Notes: a model not told the origin generated them from the letters alone. Shown: positions 28,068 through 42,092, numbered from the whole stretch's first letter. The stretch is DNA of 63,853 nucleotides, filler included, from Octopus bimaculoides (GCF_001194135.2; 6 parts of 5 records of this genome joined end to end with filler, not necessarily neighbours in it); one strand, 5' to 3'. Numbers and translations: made by a program.

Positions 28068-28384
28068 AACGCCTGTAATATTCTGACTACGAAATGTTCT
28101 GATTTTGAATGTAGTTTCCACCATATGCAATAGAAGGCAATTTACTGATAATCACTTTCTTCAGCTTTTTTGATTTACTCAAAGACTGGAAAATTTTTCG
28201 AATTAATTAACTAAGAGCTGGTTGCTTATTTATTTTAAAACAAATTTCCATCTTGTTTATTCTTTCTGTGTGACCTTCTGTATAACAGGATTTTTTTTGT
28301 AATGTATTGAAAACTGCGTAATCATTAGTGATGTGATTTGACTTTAGATGATTAATGAGATCTTCCGTCACTTACGGCAGTGAG

Positions 28385-28680
28385 CAGTGTTTTGAAATTT
28401 CCTTTTATAACTGAATCAGACGAAAAAGAAAAAAACGAAGTCGACAATATCATTGCCGCTGTTGCAGCGTTTCTGAAGGAAAGAGAGGAAGAAATAATAA
28501 TTCATGGTTTACGGCAGCACATCAAGGCTATTGAATTATTTTCAGAGTACCAGATAACCACAGCTACAACAGAGTAGATAGACACCGTTAAACGTACTAA
28601 AGAAGCTAGGATTATTCTGCTAAAGCAGGCGACGTATATACTCTTAAGCGATTTGGTGGCGTATACGTGTCGAATATTCT
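28385..28680 (+). pseudogene. Possible Harbinger/PIF transposase N-terminal relic
   Basis: ESDEKEKNEVDNIIAAVAAFLKERE...LRQHIKAIELFSEY resembles the acidic/AAVA...WVR..I start of Harbinger transposases. Resemblance by eye only. Confidence 0.25.
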
Positions 28681-28726
28681 TGTTTTTCGTTGAACAATTA
28701 GAAACGTCACAATGCATCTTATTCTA

Positions 28727-28938
28727 CAGGGTGTCTACAAAGTCTGGGTACGTGGGGTAAATAAAATCGTGACAGAAACAATTAAATATAAGAAATAATA
28801 ATTTCTTAAAGTATGTGTTAATCCCCATGTGGGTACATGGAGTAAATAAAATCATAACATATACAATTAAATGTAAGAAATAACAATTTCTTAAAGTATG
28901 TGTTAATCCCCATGTACCCAGACTTTGTGGGCACCCTG
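28727..28938. mobile_element. Tc1-type MITE with TA flanks and an internal 85-bp tandem duplication
   Basis: TIR cagggtgtctacaaagtctgggtacgtgggg / ccccatgtacccagactttgtgggcaccctg; TA at 28725-28726 and 28939-28940. Confidence 0.9.
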
Positions 28939-28942
28939 TATA

Positions 28943-29240
28943 CTAGCTGAGTAACCTGTTGTTGCCAGGCAATTTTCACAATAAAATGCCTGTATTTCCA
29001 TTTTTTTTTGTTCCATGTCAAACCATATCTTCTCTGACGGATAGGCCTCTTGATCAGGATAGATTTCTGCATTATTTGGGGCAACTTATAACGAACCGAT
29101 AAACTAAGCTTTTGTTTTTCCATTTGGTGCATAGACATAAAGATTTTCTTAGCTTGCTGCTGATGCTTTGTGAGAGTCTCTCGACTCTGTCGCCCTAATG
29201 AAATTTCTAACACACATGCATATGCGTACTCTCTCTCTTT

Positions 29241-29295
<55 letters not shown>

Positions 29296-29409
29296 GACAC
29301 AGAGCGTGAGTGATATACATATACAGAGAATGAAAGAGACTGTGGTAAATATATACGGAACAGGGCAAAGTTTACAAAAGTAAAGCGTAAATGAAAGAGA
29401 TAGACAAAT

Positions 29410-29451
<42 letters not shown>

Positions 29452-30022
29452 TCTGTTGCTGGCACAGATTGTGAAATTTAAAATTAAGTGAAAATTTTCA
29501 AATTTGGTATATTGATGTACTTTTTCACGCTGAATCTGATTTTGTGATTCAATTATTCCAGAAAAGTTTTAGAAATATGTTACAGAGGTTTAAAGTTTGA
29601 TAATTTTATCCAGTCAGAAAACAGGATTTGGAAGGTAGTATTTTCTGTGTCATAAAATGAAAGCAAACATTAGAAGACGAAATCTTAAATAAAAAGAAAG
29701 CAATTGCATTTCATATGAGAGAGAGAGAGAGGAACAGTATGCGTAAGAGATATACATATACAGACAGAGAATGATAGTGTAAATATATGGAAAGAGGCGA
29801 AAGCGTAAAAGTGAGAGAGCCTGATGGAAACAGATAGAGTGGGAGATTTGGCGATCTAAAAGTTGAGTTTTTTTGTAGCAAATTATATTTTTTGATTATT
29901 TATAACCAAATACCTTCCTGTTAGGACGCAGTTTTCGTAGATCAAATCTGTTTTTCTTGAGGATGCACCGTTTCAGAGCCTTTCGGGGCTGTACGCACAT
30001 ACACTCTCATTCATATAGTAGA
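28943..30022 (-). mobile_element. Non-autonomous Helitron
   Basis: Minus strand starts TC (30022-30021) and ends in a subterminal hairpin remnant plus CTAG|T (28946-28943). It is colinear with 56880-57960 and retains the PNGK-encoding end of the helicase. Confidence 0.7.
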
Positions 30023-31240
30023 CAAATGAGATAAAGGAATTAAAAATCCTTCTATTATTTGTTTGTTATCAATAAGTCTGTTTATCATTTTGTTAATGAA
30101 AAGGATCAAAATTTTAAAAGATTTTCTGTGATTAAAGTAGAGGAGTTTATTGTATTTTCTTGGTCACAAAGATTTTTGAAATTTGAAAGACCTTCGTTGC
30201 TACGAAAATACTTTGAGAACAGGCAGACTCAGTAGCTTTACTCATCATTCACTGAGTTCAAATTTTTTCGATATTCGGTCTCCTAAGCACAAAAATTTCA
30301 TTTTCCAGGTGTGTGAGACGTTTTGTTACAGCCAGTTTGGTGTCACCTATTTGGCGTCGCTCAGTTATTTGCCATCAGACATTTTAATGTCCCCCTCGTT
30401 CTCCCTCTTTTTCTTTCTCTCTCTTTCTCTTTCTCTCTTCCTTTTTTTCTGTGTGTATGTGTGTGTTCATGTGTGCAAGCATCTCGTTATTTTTGCGTGT
30501 ATGCGTAATCTCTCTCTCTCTTTCTCTCTCTCTCATTCTCTCTATCTGTATGTGTATATTTTTGCATGTACATGTTTGCGCGTGCGTGCGTATGTCGGTG
30601 TTCACCTCCAGTGCCAAAACAGATTGAATGATCAGTCAGCCGTTCCAAATCGTCACCGATTCCTCTCATTCTGATTCGTCAGTGGATTCAAGATATTCGT
30701 GATGGTGACATTCTTTAGAAAGAATGCAAGGCACATATCTTCCATTCTATGATGAAAAGGGATAGAAGCTGTACTTTGTGTAACTGTTCGAACCAAGAGA
30801 ATCAACACACACTTTTATTACAGGTATTTGCTGTTCAAACAAAACACACCATCATCCTAAATACAAAGATTTTAGAAATACCGTAGTCAAATTCATTGTC
30901 AGTCCACTATGATGGAGTGTAAGTCCACTATGAAGCAATCTGAATTACAGGAAATTGTACGCACCACTCCTTAATGTAAAGTTAATCCATATAAATCTTT
31001 GAAAAATAGCCAGAATATTTAAGGAAGGGCGGCTAATATTCCTCTGCTAGGTGGCTCTAGCATTAGAAATTATAAGTACATGACAACCTCTCTAGGTCTA
31101 CCCAACCAGCTTCTACACAGCTTTCATGTACTCAGCTTAATGTGCAGGCTTCGAAGAGGACTCGAAGATATGGTAGAAGAGACTTATCTGAGGTATCGTT
31201 TCGTGGGGTCGAATCTGGAATCACATAGTTATATGCATTA

Positions 31241-31282
<42 letters not shown>

Positions 31283-31603
31283 AGTTGAGTAAATTACTCA
31301 TTGGATAGCAGTGCCAGGTTCGAACCATGTCATATCCATTCTTTGGTCTACTTCGTTGTTGTAGCCTATCTGATACGCGCGATGATTGCTGAGCAACAGT
31401 GTAATTTCAGTATCGTTCCACGTCAAAACATAATCAATTCCAAGAGATTAACTCGATAATGTCGATAATTCTTGCAGAAATCCCTGTGAAACGTCCATGT
31501 GTTTTGACAGCCTCACAATTCTGAGAAAATATATCGGAATTGGAAAATTAAAAAGAGCCAGAGAGCCATATAATTTTTTCTTTCGTTAATGCCCGTATCT
31601 GTA

Positions 31604-32958
31604 ATGTGATGCACAGTTATTGAACGAAAAAGAAAAGAAACGTTAATACATTTTATATACAGTTCTCGCTGCGATATGTGATGCACAATTATTGAACGAA
31701 AAAGAAAGGAAAAGTTATTACATTTTATATACAGTTCTCGCTGCGATATGTGATGCACATTGAACGAAAAAGAAAGGAAAAGTTAATACATTTTATATAC
31801 AGTTCTCGCTGTNNNNNNNNNNNNNNNNNNNNNNNNNNNNNNNNNNNNNNNNNNNNNNNNNNNNNNNNNNNNNNNNNNNNNNNNNNNNNNNNNNNNNNNN
31901 NNNNNNNNNNNNNNNNNNNNNNNNNNNNNNNNNNNNNNNNNNNNNNNNNNNNNNNNNNNNNNNNNNNNNNNNNNNNNNNNNNNNNNNNNNNNNNNNNNNN
32001 NNNNNNNNNNNNNNNNNNNNNNNNNNNNNNNNNNNNNNNNNNNNNNNNNNNNNNNNNNNNNNNNNNNNNNNNNNNNNNNNNNNNNNNNNNNNNNNNNNNN
32101 NNNNNNNNNNNNNNNNNNNNNNNNNNNNNNNNNNNNNNNNNNNNNNNNNNNNNNNNNNNNNNNNNNNNNNNNNNNNNNNNNNNNNNNNNNNNNNNNNNNN
32201 NNNNNNNNNNNNNNNNNNNNNNNNNNNNNNNNNNNNNNNNNNNNNNNNNNNNNNNNNNNNNNNNNNNNNNNNNNNNNNNNNNNNNNNNNNNNNNNNNNNN
32301 NNNNNNNNNNNNNNNNNNNNNNNNNNNNNNNNNNNNNNNNNNNNNNNNNNNNNNNNNNNNNNNNNNNNNNNNNNNNNNNNNNNNNNNNNNNNNNNNNNNN
32401 NNNNNNNNNNNNNNNNNNNNNNNNNNNNNNNNNNNNNNNNNNNNNNNNNNNNNNNNNNNNNNNNNNNNNNNNNNNNNNNNNNNNNNNNNNNNNNNNNNNN
32501 TTACATTTTATATACAGTTCTCGCTGCGATATGTGATGCACATTGAACGAAAAAGAAAGGAAAAGTTAATACATTTTATATACAGTTCTCGCTGTGATAT
32601 GTGATGCACAATTATTGAACGAAAAAGAAAGGAAAAGTTAATACATTTTATATACAGTTCTCGCTGCGATATGTGATGCACAATTATTGAACGACAAAGA
32701 AAAGAAAAGTTAATACATTTTATATACAGTTCTCGCTGCGATATGTGATGCACAATTATTGAACGACAAAGAAAGGAAAAGTTAATACATTTTATATACA
32801 GTTCTCGCTGCGATATGTGATGCACAATTATTGAACGAAAAAGAAAGGGAAAGTTAATACATTTTATATACAGTTCTCGCTGCGATATGTGATGCACAAT
32901 TATTGAATGAAAAAGAAAGGGAAAGTTAATACAGTTTATATACAATTCTCGCTGCGAG
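31604..32958. repeat. Minisatellite with 72-bp unit (66-bp variants), spanning a gap
   Basis: Unit atgtgatgcacaattattgaacgaaaaagaaaggaaaagttaatacattttatatacagttctcgctgcgat; unit starts at 32599 and 32671. Confidence 0.95.
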
Positions 32959-33387
32959 ACATTCTCTTCACCGAATGAGGATCGTAATAATTTCTAACAT
33001 TATCTTTCCTTTTAGCGGTACCGAGCAATTTTGATGCGCCAGGAAAAGTCAGTGTTCTTTTACACAAATTCCTCACATTGGCTGCTTTTGTTGTTGTTAT
33101 TGCTTTGTTTAGTTTCAAACCAATTCTTAAAGGAGTTTCATATACAAGGTGGGCAAAAAGCCAAAAGCACAAAATAAGTTCAATACGCTCTAGAATTGTC
33201 AAAGATATGCTTCAGATTTTTTAAAAATTGAATAAAATACAAAGATAATGACGCTTACACACGTAGTTGTACATAAAAAATGATAATAGACCGCGTGGTG
33301 TGTTGTGTTCTTGAGCAAAACATTCTGCAATCACTTCGACACCTGACGTTGATTTGATGGATCGAGTGAGCTAATGTACATCACATA

Positions 33388-34260
33388 CGAGGAGGTACCT
33401 AAAAGTAACCGGAAACGTTCTCTGTGGTTTGAGAGGGAGAGAATGAAGTATGAGAGAATTAGGAAAGGGGGATTAGAAGGGGGAACCTGTGGAAAATGAG
33501 AGAGTGTTGATTTTTATGTGTGGTTTGTTGGCGGAGGTGTTTGAGTTGTGCAGGCCTGGTGAGCCATCAAAATTCTCACAGAAATCGATCCTGTTGTAGT
33601 TCAGGCTTCCGCCGCTAGAAGCCACTTTACGTGATCCTCAGGAATCCGTGTGACGACCGGCGTCGTCCACTAAAGTAGTTTTGCAGTGCTTCTCTCCTGT
33701 TCGTCGATTTTTGCGATGGCTGAAACGAAAGAACAGCGTGCTTCCGTGAAATTCTGTTTTCTGATGGGGAGAACGGCGGCCGAAACAGTTGTCATGCTTC
33801 AAACAGCTTACAAGGACGATGCCATAAGCAAAACACATGTATACGAGTGGTTTTTACGCTTTAGGAATGGTCACCTATCGCTTGAAGACCAACCGAACAA
33901 ATAAAAACATTACAAAAATTCAGGATCTGATCTTGGAGTACCGTCGCCAAACAATTGATGAACTTGTTGATATGACTGGTGTGTCCTGGAGTTCCTGTCA
34001 ACGAATTTTGAATGAAGAATTGCGAATGAAAGGAGTTTGTTCCCCCGAATGAAAAGCGTCTTTAAAGGAAAACTTTTTGTAGGCGTGGAAGTGGTGAAGA
34101 AAAAAACGACGGAGGCGTTGAAAAGCATCGCTTCGCAAGAGTTCCAGGACTGCCTCGAATAGTGGAAAACGCACCTGGACCAATGCATTGCTTCAAATGG
34201 AGAATACTTTGAAGCAGATAAAATGTTGCAAAATTCCGGTTTCTTTTGGGTATCCCCTCA
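33388..34260 (+). mobile_element. Internally deleted mariner element with 27-bp TIRs
   Basis: TIRs cgaggaggtacctaaaagtaaccggaa / ttccggtttcttttgggtatcccctca. ATG at 33716 gives MAETKEQRASVKFCFLMGRTAAETVVML...YEWFLRFRNG. C-terminus DQCIASNGEYFE; catalytic core missing. Confidence 0.9.
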
Positions 34261-34350
34261 TGCATTTGATCATTATAAAAAAAATCATTTGTACAGATCG
34301 TTCCGCAAAAGCTGAACTCTTATACGTCGTCTTTGACGGGGGAGGGGGCA

Positions 34351-34388
<38 letters not shown>

Positions 34389-34389
<1 letters not shown>

Positions 34390-34605
34390 AGGCGGCGATC
34401 TGGCAGAATCGTTGGCACGCTGGATGGAATGCTTATAGGTATTTCGCCCGTCGCTATGTTCTGAGTTCAAATTCCGCCGAGGTTGACTTTGCCTTTCATC
34501 CTTTCGTAGTCGATAAATTAAGTACCAGTGAAACACTGAGGCCGGTGTAATCGACATAAACCTCTCCCGCAAGCTGTCCTGGTGGCAAAAATTTGAAATT
34601 ATAAT
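34389..34605 (+). mobile_element. SINE family B
   Basis: Full head aaggcggcgatctggcagaatcg and conserved body. Confidence 0.85.
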
Positions 34606-34617
34606 TAATTACACGTA

Positions 34618-35565
34618 TAGGGTGCGATGGGTAAATTGTCACCATTTTCTAGTTTAAATTTCACGCATGCGCACTGTTTGTTTTTGATTTTGTTGACTGC
34701 ACGATATAGTAGAGTCAGTTGGGCACCGTCTGTTAGAAAACAGCTGTATGATGCAATTCACTCTACGCTTCTTGGCATTCGTACAGGAAGCTCCAATACG
34801 AACAGTTCAGAGTGTTTGGGTGTCAATCTGAGGAAAGTGCAGAGGATTCAGAAAGAGTTGGATGAGTCTAATGGTGATTACAAAGGTACGGCAGCTTGGA
34901 AAACTGACTTTGAGCGTTCTGATAAGAAAAGAACTCCCGAATTTGTTGCTGAGATCCAAGCCATGATTGACAATGATCCCTCCAAGTCAATCAGGTCCAT
35001 CTCCAGGGACATGGAGCTTCTTATCAGGCAGGTAGTGCATGAAGACATTCAGTATTCCTCATACAAGATAAGAAAGGGCCAAATTTTTCCCAAGCCATTC
35101 ATCTTCCCATACGGCCTCACACTCAACAAGGAGGCTTACATCAAGTGTTCGGGGGGAGGGGGGGGGGTAGTGCTCCCCTGGGTCAAGAAAGTGGCTGTTG
35201 GAAGACCCTATCTCTGGCAACAGGACTCTGCACCATGCCACACAAGCAGGAGAACCCAGTCATGTGTGAGGCGCAGTTGAGCGAGAGACCAACAAAACTC
35301 CCTGTAACACCAAAGATGAACTTAAGGCAAGGATTTTAACAGCATTCACCAACTTAAACAAGAAAACCGCCCAGAAGAGTTGCAGGAGATTCTGAAGTCG
35401 TCTGGAGGTCGTGGTTGAAGCCAATGGCGATTTTATTGAATAAATTTACTCTTTAGTATTTCAAGATATTTTTATGTAAGTTTGGTAAATAATCTGTTAA
35501 AATGAGATGTCAGTGTTATTTTCATTTCTGCGTAATTTAGACGACAATATATTCACCGCACCCTG
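34618..35565 (+). mobile_element. Internally deleted Tc1/mariner-superfamily element (maT/DD37D-like)
   Basis: TIRs tagggtgcgatgggtaaattgtc / gacaatatattcaccgcaccctg with TA flanks. ORF 34627-35280 has DNDPSKSIRSISRDM and RPYLWQQDSAPCHTS; C-terminus EAVVEANGDFIE*. Confidence 0.85.
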
Positions 35566-35639
35566 TATATACATACACATATGTATATGCAAACCTGTGA
35601 TTAAAAGAGTTTCATCTATGAGTATCCCGTCTTTATCCA

Positions 35640-36380
35640 AACAATTTTTCCAGCAATGTCCTTTATTTTTCAAGACGACTGTGAGTGATTTGAGTAAAAG
35701 AAAAATTGAGGTAAATGTCTCTAGTAGGTCGAGTGATCACAAAGAGGTTCCTTCGTTTGCCTTACGAGGAAAGATTTACGAGGAAGAATTTAAAACTGAA
35801 AAATCTGGTGTACTTATTGTCAAGTCATAAATCGCACACCTTTATAAAAACAAGGACATAGCAAGAAGGACTGGAAAAGCTTCAGTTGCCCTGATGTTGT
35901 TCAGACCTATCTGGAGGTCACAAACCTTGTCAACAGACTCAAAACTCAGGAAGAGGGTTCAGCTGTTTGCGTGTGAAACATGGTGAGCCACAAAGTTCTC
36001 TATCAATAAGCTACACACGTTTGCGAATAGATGTTTCTCGAAAATCCATCGGGCGAGATGGCGAGAAAGGTTCACAAACAAAGCCTTGTGGAAACAGGCG
36101 AACTAGCAACCTATGGGAGTTAGATGTAGAGTAAGAAATGGGGTTGGCTGGGACACACCCCATGGAAGCCTGTTTCCAACATTAGAAGGCAAGTTCTCCG
36201 ATGGATTCCCACCAGCGGAGATGGAAGCATAGCAGACAAAAAACAACAGTGAAGGTTCACAGAAACTGAAGCATTGCAGATGGTTACACTTGGGGACAAC
36301 TACAATCCATTGCCAAAGATCGTGACAGACGGACATCTCTTGTTGACACCATGCGGTTCAAGTAGAATGAAAAGAATTAA
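35640..36380 (+). mobile_element. RTE-clade LINE 3' fragment
   Basis: DIARRTGKA...IWRS...LFACETW...LHTFANRCF...WGWLGHT...TWGQLQSIAKDR, a typical RTE post-RT region. Confidence 0.8.
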
Positions 36381-36420
36381 AATTAACTGTAGAATCGTTA
36401 GAATGTTGACTAGATTAATC

Positions 36421-36630
36421 TTTTCTACGAAAGGCACAAGGTCTGAAATTTTTGTGGGAAGGACTAATCGATTACATCGATCCCAGTGTTTCACAGTTAC
36501 TTTTTATCGACCCCGAAAGGATGAAATGCAAAGTCGACCTTGGCGGAATTTGAACCCAGAACGTGAAGACAGACGAAATACTACTAAGCATTTCGCCTAG
36601 CGTGCTAACGATTCTTCTAGCTCACCACTT
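36421..36630 (-). mobile_element. SINE family B
   Basis: Reverse-complement of the family-B body (atcgaccccgaaaggatgaaa..aaagtcgacct). Confidence 0.85.
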
Positions 36631-37016
36631 TGATGCTGATGTTGAAAAGAATCATGCCATGCGGTATTTTTTTTCTGGCTTTTAGCGTTCTAAGTCTAAA
36701 TCTCCTCGAAGTCAAATTAAGTTTCCTTCTTTAGGGACCTATAAAATAAAGTACCTATCTGTCCGAGCTTTGCATTCTGCGACGATTCTGATACTAAAGT
36801 TAATATCGGCCTAGGCGCCTTTTCATTGACGTCTGGGGCGAGTCATTCTGTTTTGATGTTTTACTAACACTCACCGGTTCGATTTCAACTCAATTATAAA
36901 TATTTTTTTTCATCTAAAATTTTGCTTGCTTCTTGCAACGTGTTCAATAGTTGTCCGTTATTGGAGTTGCGTTTCTTTTTGTTTGATTGCTTGTTTTGTA
37001 CGTCAGCGTGCATGTG

Positions 37017-37547
<531 letters not shown>

Positions 37548-37680
37548 AAGAGAGATAAAATTAAGCTTTATGATAAAATGAAGATTTATTTTAAACATGG
37601 GATTCTTTTAATCTGACGAGCAAGCTTAATATCTACATTAATTTATAAATTACTTCCATGCAGACATGTCAGTAATAAAT

Positions 37681-37875
37681 TATTACCTCGACTTAGCGAA
37701 GGCGGAGGTATTGTTTTCAGTCGTGTTTGTTTGTTTGGCCGTGGACAAGGTATCTTAAGAACCGCTGGATGGATTCAGATGAAACATTCAGGGATGTTTA
37801 GCCTCGTGACTAGCACGAACTGATTCGATTTTGGGGTTGATCCGATACCGGACAAGGATTCTGGATTATTTGTTA
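37681..37875 (+). mobile_element. Helentron/HINE-like element end
   Basis: tattacctc...ggcggaggtattgttttc palindrome followed by gtttgtttgt and ggatggattcagatgaaac, the typical non-autonomous Helentron layout. A second tattacctccgcc occurs at about 38229. Confidence 0.5.
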
Positions 37876-39941
37876 CGTATACCTTACTTTACATGATTAC
37901 GATCTTACGTTGACTTTCAAGTCTTTCTCAGTTATCTCCCTTCGGGTTGTTTCCAAAGCTTTATTTTCGTTTCTCTATTATTAATTTTACTCGCGTCTCT
38001 ATCTTAGTAGAAACTGATGGATAAAGAAATCAAACTACATAAACAACGGCAGCAAAACCGTTCAGAAATTAAATATACATACACTTTACAGTATATTTAC
38101 ATATGTACATACATCTATACATCGATCTAAAACAACAGGAATACTAAAGGAAGGCCGGAATTTAAGACACGAGAAAACCATAAAGTCTCATGCTATTCAT
38201 TTAAAAATTCCCGAGTAGAACTTATTGTTATTACCTCCGCCTTTAAAACTATTTTGAATGGTGGATTTGTTAACTTTGGCCTGTATTAAATAAGGATAAA
38301 CTATTTATTACTGTTATTAAATTTTCTAAATAAACCCAAATACTAAGCAAACAAAGATGAACCATCCCACTTCCATTGCGCGCGCAGACGCACACACACA
38401 CACACACAAACGCATACATGCACACACACACATTCACATACTCCCCTTTTACATACACACACATATATTCACACAGAGTTGAAACGCTGTTTGATTTATT
38501 TTTTCAGCGTACAATTTTCATCATCCCACTACCAAGTATGACATCACCCCTTCCTTCCTTATTCATCTATCACCCCTTCCTTTCTCATTAATAAACATAA
38601 GAGTATTATTATAGTAGATTATCTCGGTAACCATGGGAGCTATGAAAAAATGCAAAGCCCAGCATCACTACCGGATCATTCTACACATCTGTGTAATTTT
38701 TCGGGCAATTCCACCCAGCCGTTTCAGCGTGAAAGAATCGCCCATGTCAAATTTCTATGTATAGATTAAGCTGTGAGACAGTTGTTGTTAAATAAGAATA
38801 TCCAATGGTAAAATAAATGTTATCATAGTATATTTCTCACTTTATTTATAATTCTATACACTCCTTATGTTTTTTTTGTATCGTACGATATATTCTATGT
38901 GCTTTGTAGAATGATTAAGGAGTTTTTTTATGAGTACTACCGGATTAGTTGAATCCTTATATTGTGACTTAAATACACACACACGCACGCACAATATATA
39001 TATANNNNNNNNNNNNNNNNNNNNNNNNNNNNNNNNNNNNNNNNNNNNNNNNNNNNNNNNNNNNNNNNNNNNNNNNNNNNNNNNNNNNNNNNNNNNNNNN
39101 NNNNNNNNNNNNNNNNNNNNNNNNNNNNNNNNNNNNNNNNNNNNNNNNNNNNNNNNNNNNNNNNNNNNNNNNNNNNNNNNNNNNNNNNNNNNNNNNNNNN
39201 NNNNNNNNNNNNNNNNNNNNNNNNNNNNNNNNNNNNNNNNNNNNNNNNNNNNNNNNNNNNNNNNNNNNNNNNNNNNNNNNNNNNNNNNNNNNNNNNNNNN
39301 NNNNNNNNNNNNNNNNNNNNNNNNNNNNNNNNNNNNNNNNNNNNNNNNNNNNNNNNNNNNNNNNNNNNNNNNNNNNNNNNNNNNNNNNNNNNNNNNNNNN
39401 NNNNNNNNNNNNNNNNNNNNNNNNNNNNNNNNNNNNNNNNNNNNNNNNNNNNNNNNNNNNNNNNNNNNNNNNNNNNNNNNNNNNNNNNNNNNNNNNNNNN
39501 NNNNNNNNNNNNNNNNNNNNNNNNNNNNNNNNNNNNNNNNNNNNNNNNNNNNNNNNNNNNNNNNNNNNNNNNNNNNNNNNNNNNNNNNNNNNNNNNNNNN
39601 NNNNNNNNNNNNNNNNNNNNNNNNNNNNNNNNNNNNNNNNNNNNNNNNNNNNNNNNNNNNNNNNNNNNNNNNNNNNNNNNNNNNNNNNNNNNNNNNNNNN
39701 NNNNNNNNNNNNNNNNNNNNNNNNNNNNNNNNNNNNNNNNNNNNNNNNNNNNNNNNNNNNNNNNNNNNNNNNNNNNNNNNNNNNNNNNNNNNNNNNNNNN
39801 NNNNNNNNNNNNNNNNNNNNNNNNNNNNNNNNNNNNNNNNNNNNNNNNNNNNNNNNNNNNNNNNNNNNNNNNNNNNNNNNNNNNNNNNNNNNNNNNNNNN
39901 NNNNNNNNNNTATATATATGTATGTATAGATAAATAAATAA

Positions 39942-39983
<42 letters not shown>

Positions 39984-40655
39984 CCTTGGCTACTTCAGTG
40001 TTACTTTCGCCGCTTTAAATCCAACGTTCGTTTCAGCTCATGGAGATAATTCGTTTGCACCACTCGTTGACATCAGTGGTAGGCTCTCAACAGCCTTGTC
40101 CTGGCTCGCAAAATAGAATTCTAATGTAAGCCCGTTCATACGCACTTTCATTTCGTGTTTGTGAATGACCAGAGAAATAGTATACTATTATTGTTTTGTA
40201 CAATGTAATATTAAATGACATCCACACAAATAGGATCAACTGTACAACTTCTATTCCATCAGCGAGATAAGATGCTTAACGATGAATCGTTTCTATTGAA
40301 GAGAGATTATTAGTGGAATAGTTCATCCAGTACAGAGTAGATTTGTTGTATATATTTACGTGTATACGTATCTATGTATGAATGCATGTGTATGCGTTTG
40401 TGCGTCCGTGTGCGAACTCCTATGTATGCATACGAACAAATATTCACGCAAATCAATACCCACATAATTTAATTCGATATGTTTGTGGATATATGATACA
40501 CACAATTGTACTTACATACATAATACATACATATACATACATATACATACATGTGTGTGTGTGTGTGATCGTGCATGCAATGTAATTATGCATACATACA
40601 TAGATATATATACACACACACATTCACACATGTATGTAGGTATATATAATATTTG

Positions 40656-40691
<36 letters not shown>

Positions 40692-42092
40692 GCTATCTAT
40701 ATCTTGGTTTATAAATATTCAAACGAAAATTTAAAAAAATGGAGATATAGCATTAATATAATTTATTAACTGCAAAAATCCAACACATTCTCTCAGAGTC
40801 TACTGAGGTGATTTGAAAACACAACGGTATATCTTTTCTACCCCTCTGATGAGATTTTGCCTAATACAATGATTTAATTATTGTAATTTAATCTTTAGGC
40901 TAAAATGAAAACAGCTGTAAGAGAATATGTTGGATTTTTGCAGTTAATAAATTATATTAATGCTCCATCTCCATTTTCTAAATTTTCTTTTGAATATTTT
41001 ATAAACCAAGATTTATATTTAGATCTGTTATTTTATTAATATTACTATTAACAAAAATACTAGGTAATGAACTAGTAATGCATTGGATATTATTATCCCT
41101 TAATGAGGCTATTTTAACTTCTAAGTAAATATCTATCTATCTATCTATCCATCTATCTGTCTATCTATCTACCTTAATTTGTTATTAATACTGTTAGTAT
41201 TGGTGTTTTATGTTTTTTCATTGTGGTTATTCTTCAACAATTGTTTGTTGTTTTTAATCATCCTTCCTCTTCACATGTCATCCCTATGTGAGTAGCTTTA
41301 TGAACGAAGACATTCCAGACGTGTTTCCAATGTGTCCATTCTCATTTTTAATAGATGACATGATGCTATTTAGCTGCTATCTCTAGCATTTCGAACGCCT
41401 AACCAGAATCTCTATCGTCGGTTCGTTTTCCTGTATAAAACACTGGATGAAAGTTTTAGGTGAAAGATTTTAGGATGAAACTCAATAGATAAGTGTAGTC
41501 TTTATTCAACAAGTCTCTGTCCGCCGTTACTTAAAAATCACTAGCTGCACGAGAGAGACTATGTGGTTACTCGTTCCGCTACAAGTAGCAGTTAAATCTC
41601 CATCAAATCAGATTCTACTACTTTAAAAAATGTATAGATTAGATGACTTAATCGATTTCCTTCAATTTCGATTGAGTATTTACTTGTTCGATGAACTGAA
41701 CTGCTTGTTATTGAATTAACTTGTAAACTGTTGAACTTTCTGCTACACGTATACTCTTAATGTGCTATTCTCATAAAAGTTAAACTGAAACAAATTTTTA
41801 AAATGCTTCAGAATGTCCAGAAAAATTACTGTATACATGTAAAGGTATGTTGAAATGGTTCATTTTCGACCATCCACATTTACACCACTTGGAAGATATA
41901 GAAAATATTTGTCATGAAAACATCGAATCCATTTTTGTTACGCACGTCACACGAGGTAAATAAGAATTGTGACCGTAGACACTGAGGCTTTTTATGCTGC
42001 TCTAAAGGAATTCAGAGGACATAGGAGTTAACATTTTCGAATGAAAAAGGTTGGTTACTCTGTGAGTAGTCACACACGTCACACTTTTCTGA

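Noticed and set aside
30824-30918. Apparent exon ending in gtaagt
   Set aside because: All frames contain stops; the donor falls within a local agtccactatga duplication.
31455-31500. GAAACGTC near a (TA)n tract
   Set aside because: The upstream core matches CUGANGA at only about 4 of 7 positions and helices are unconvincing.
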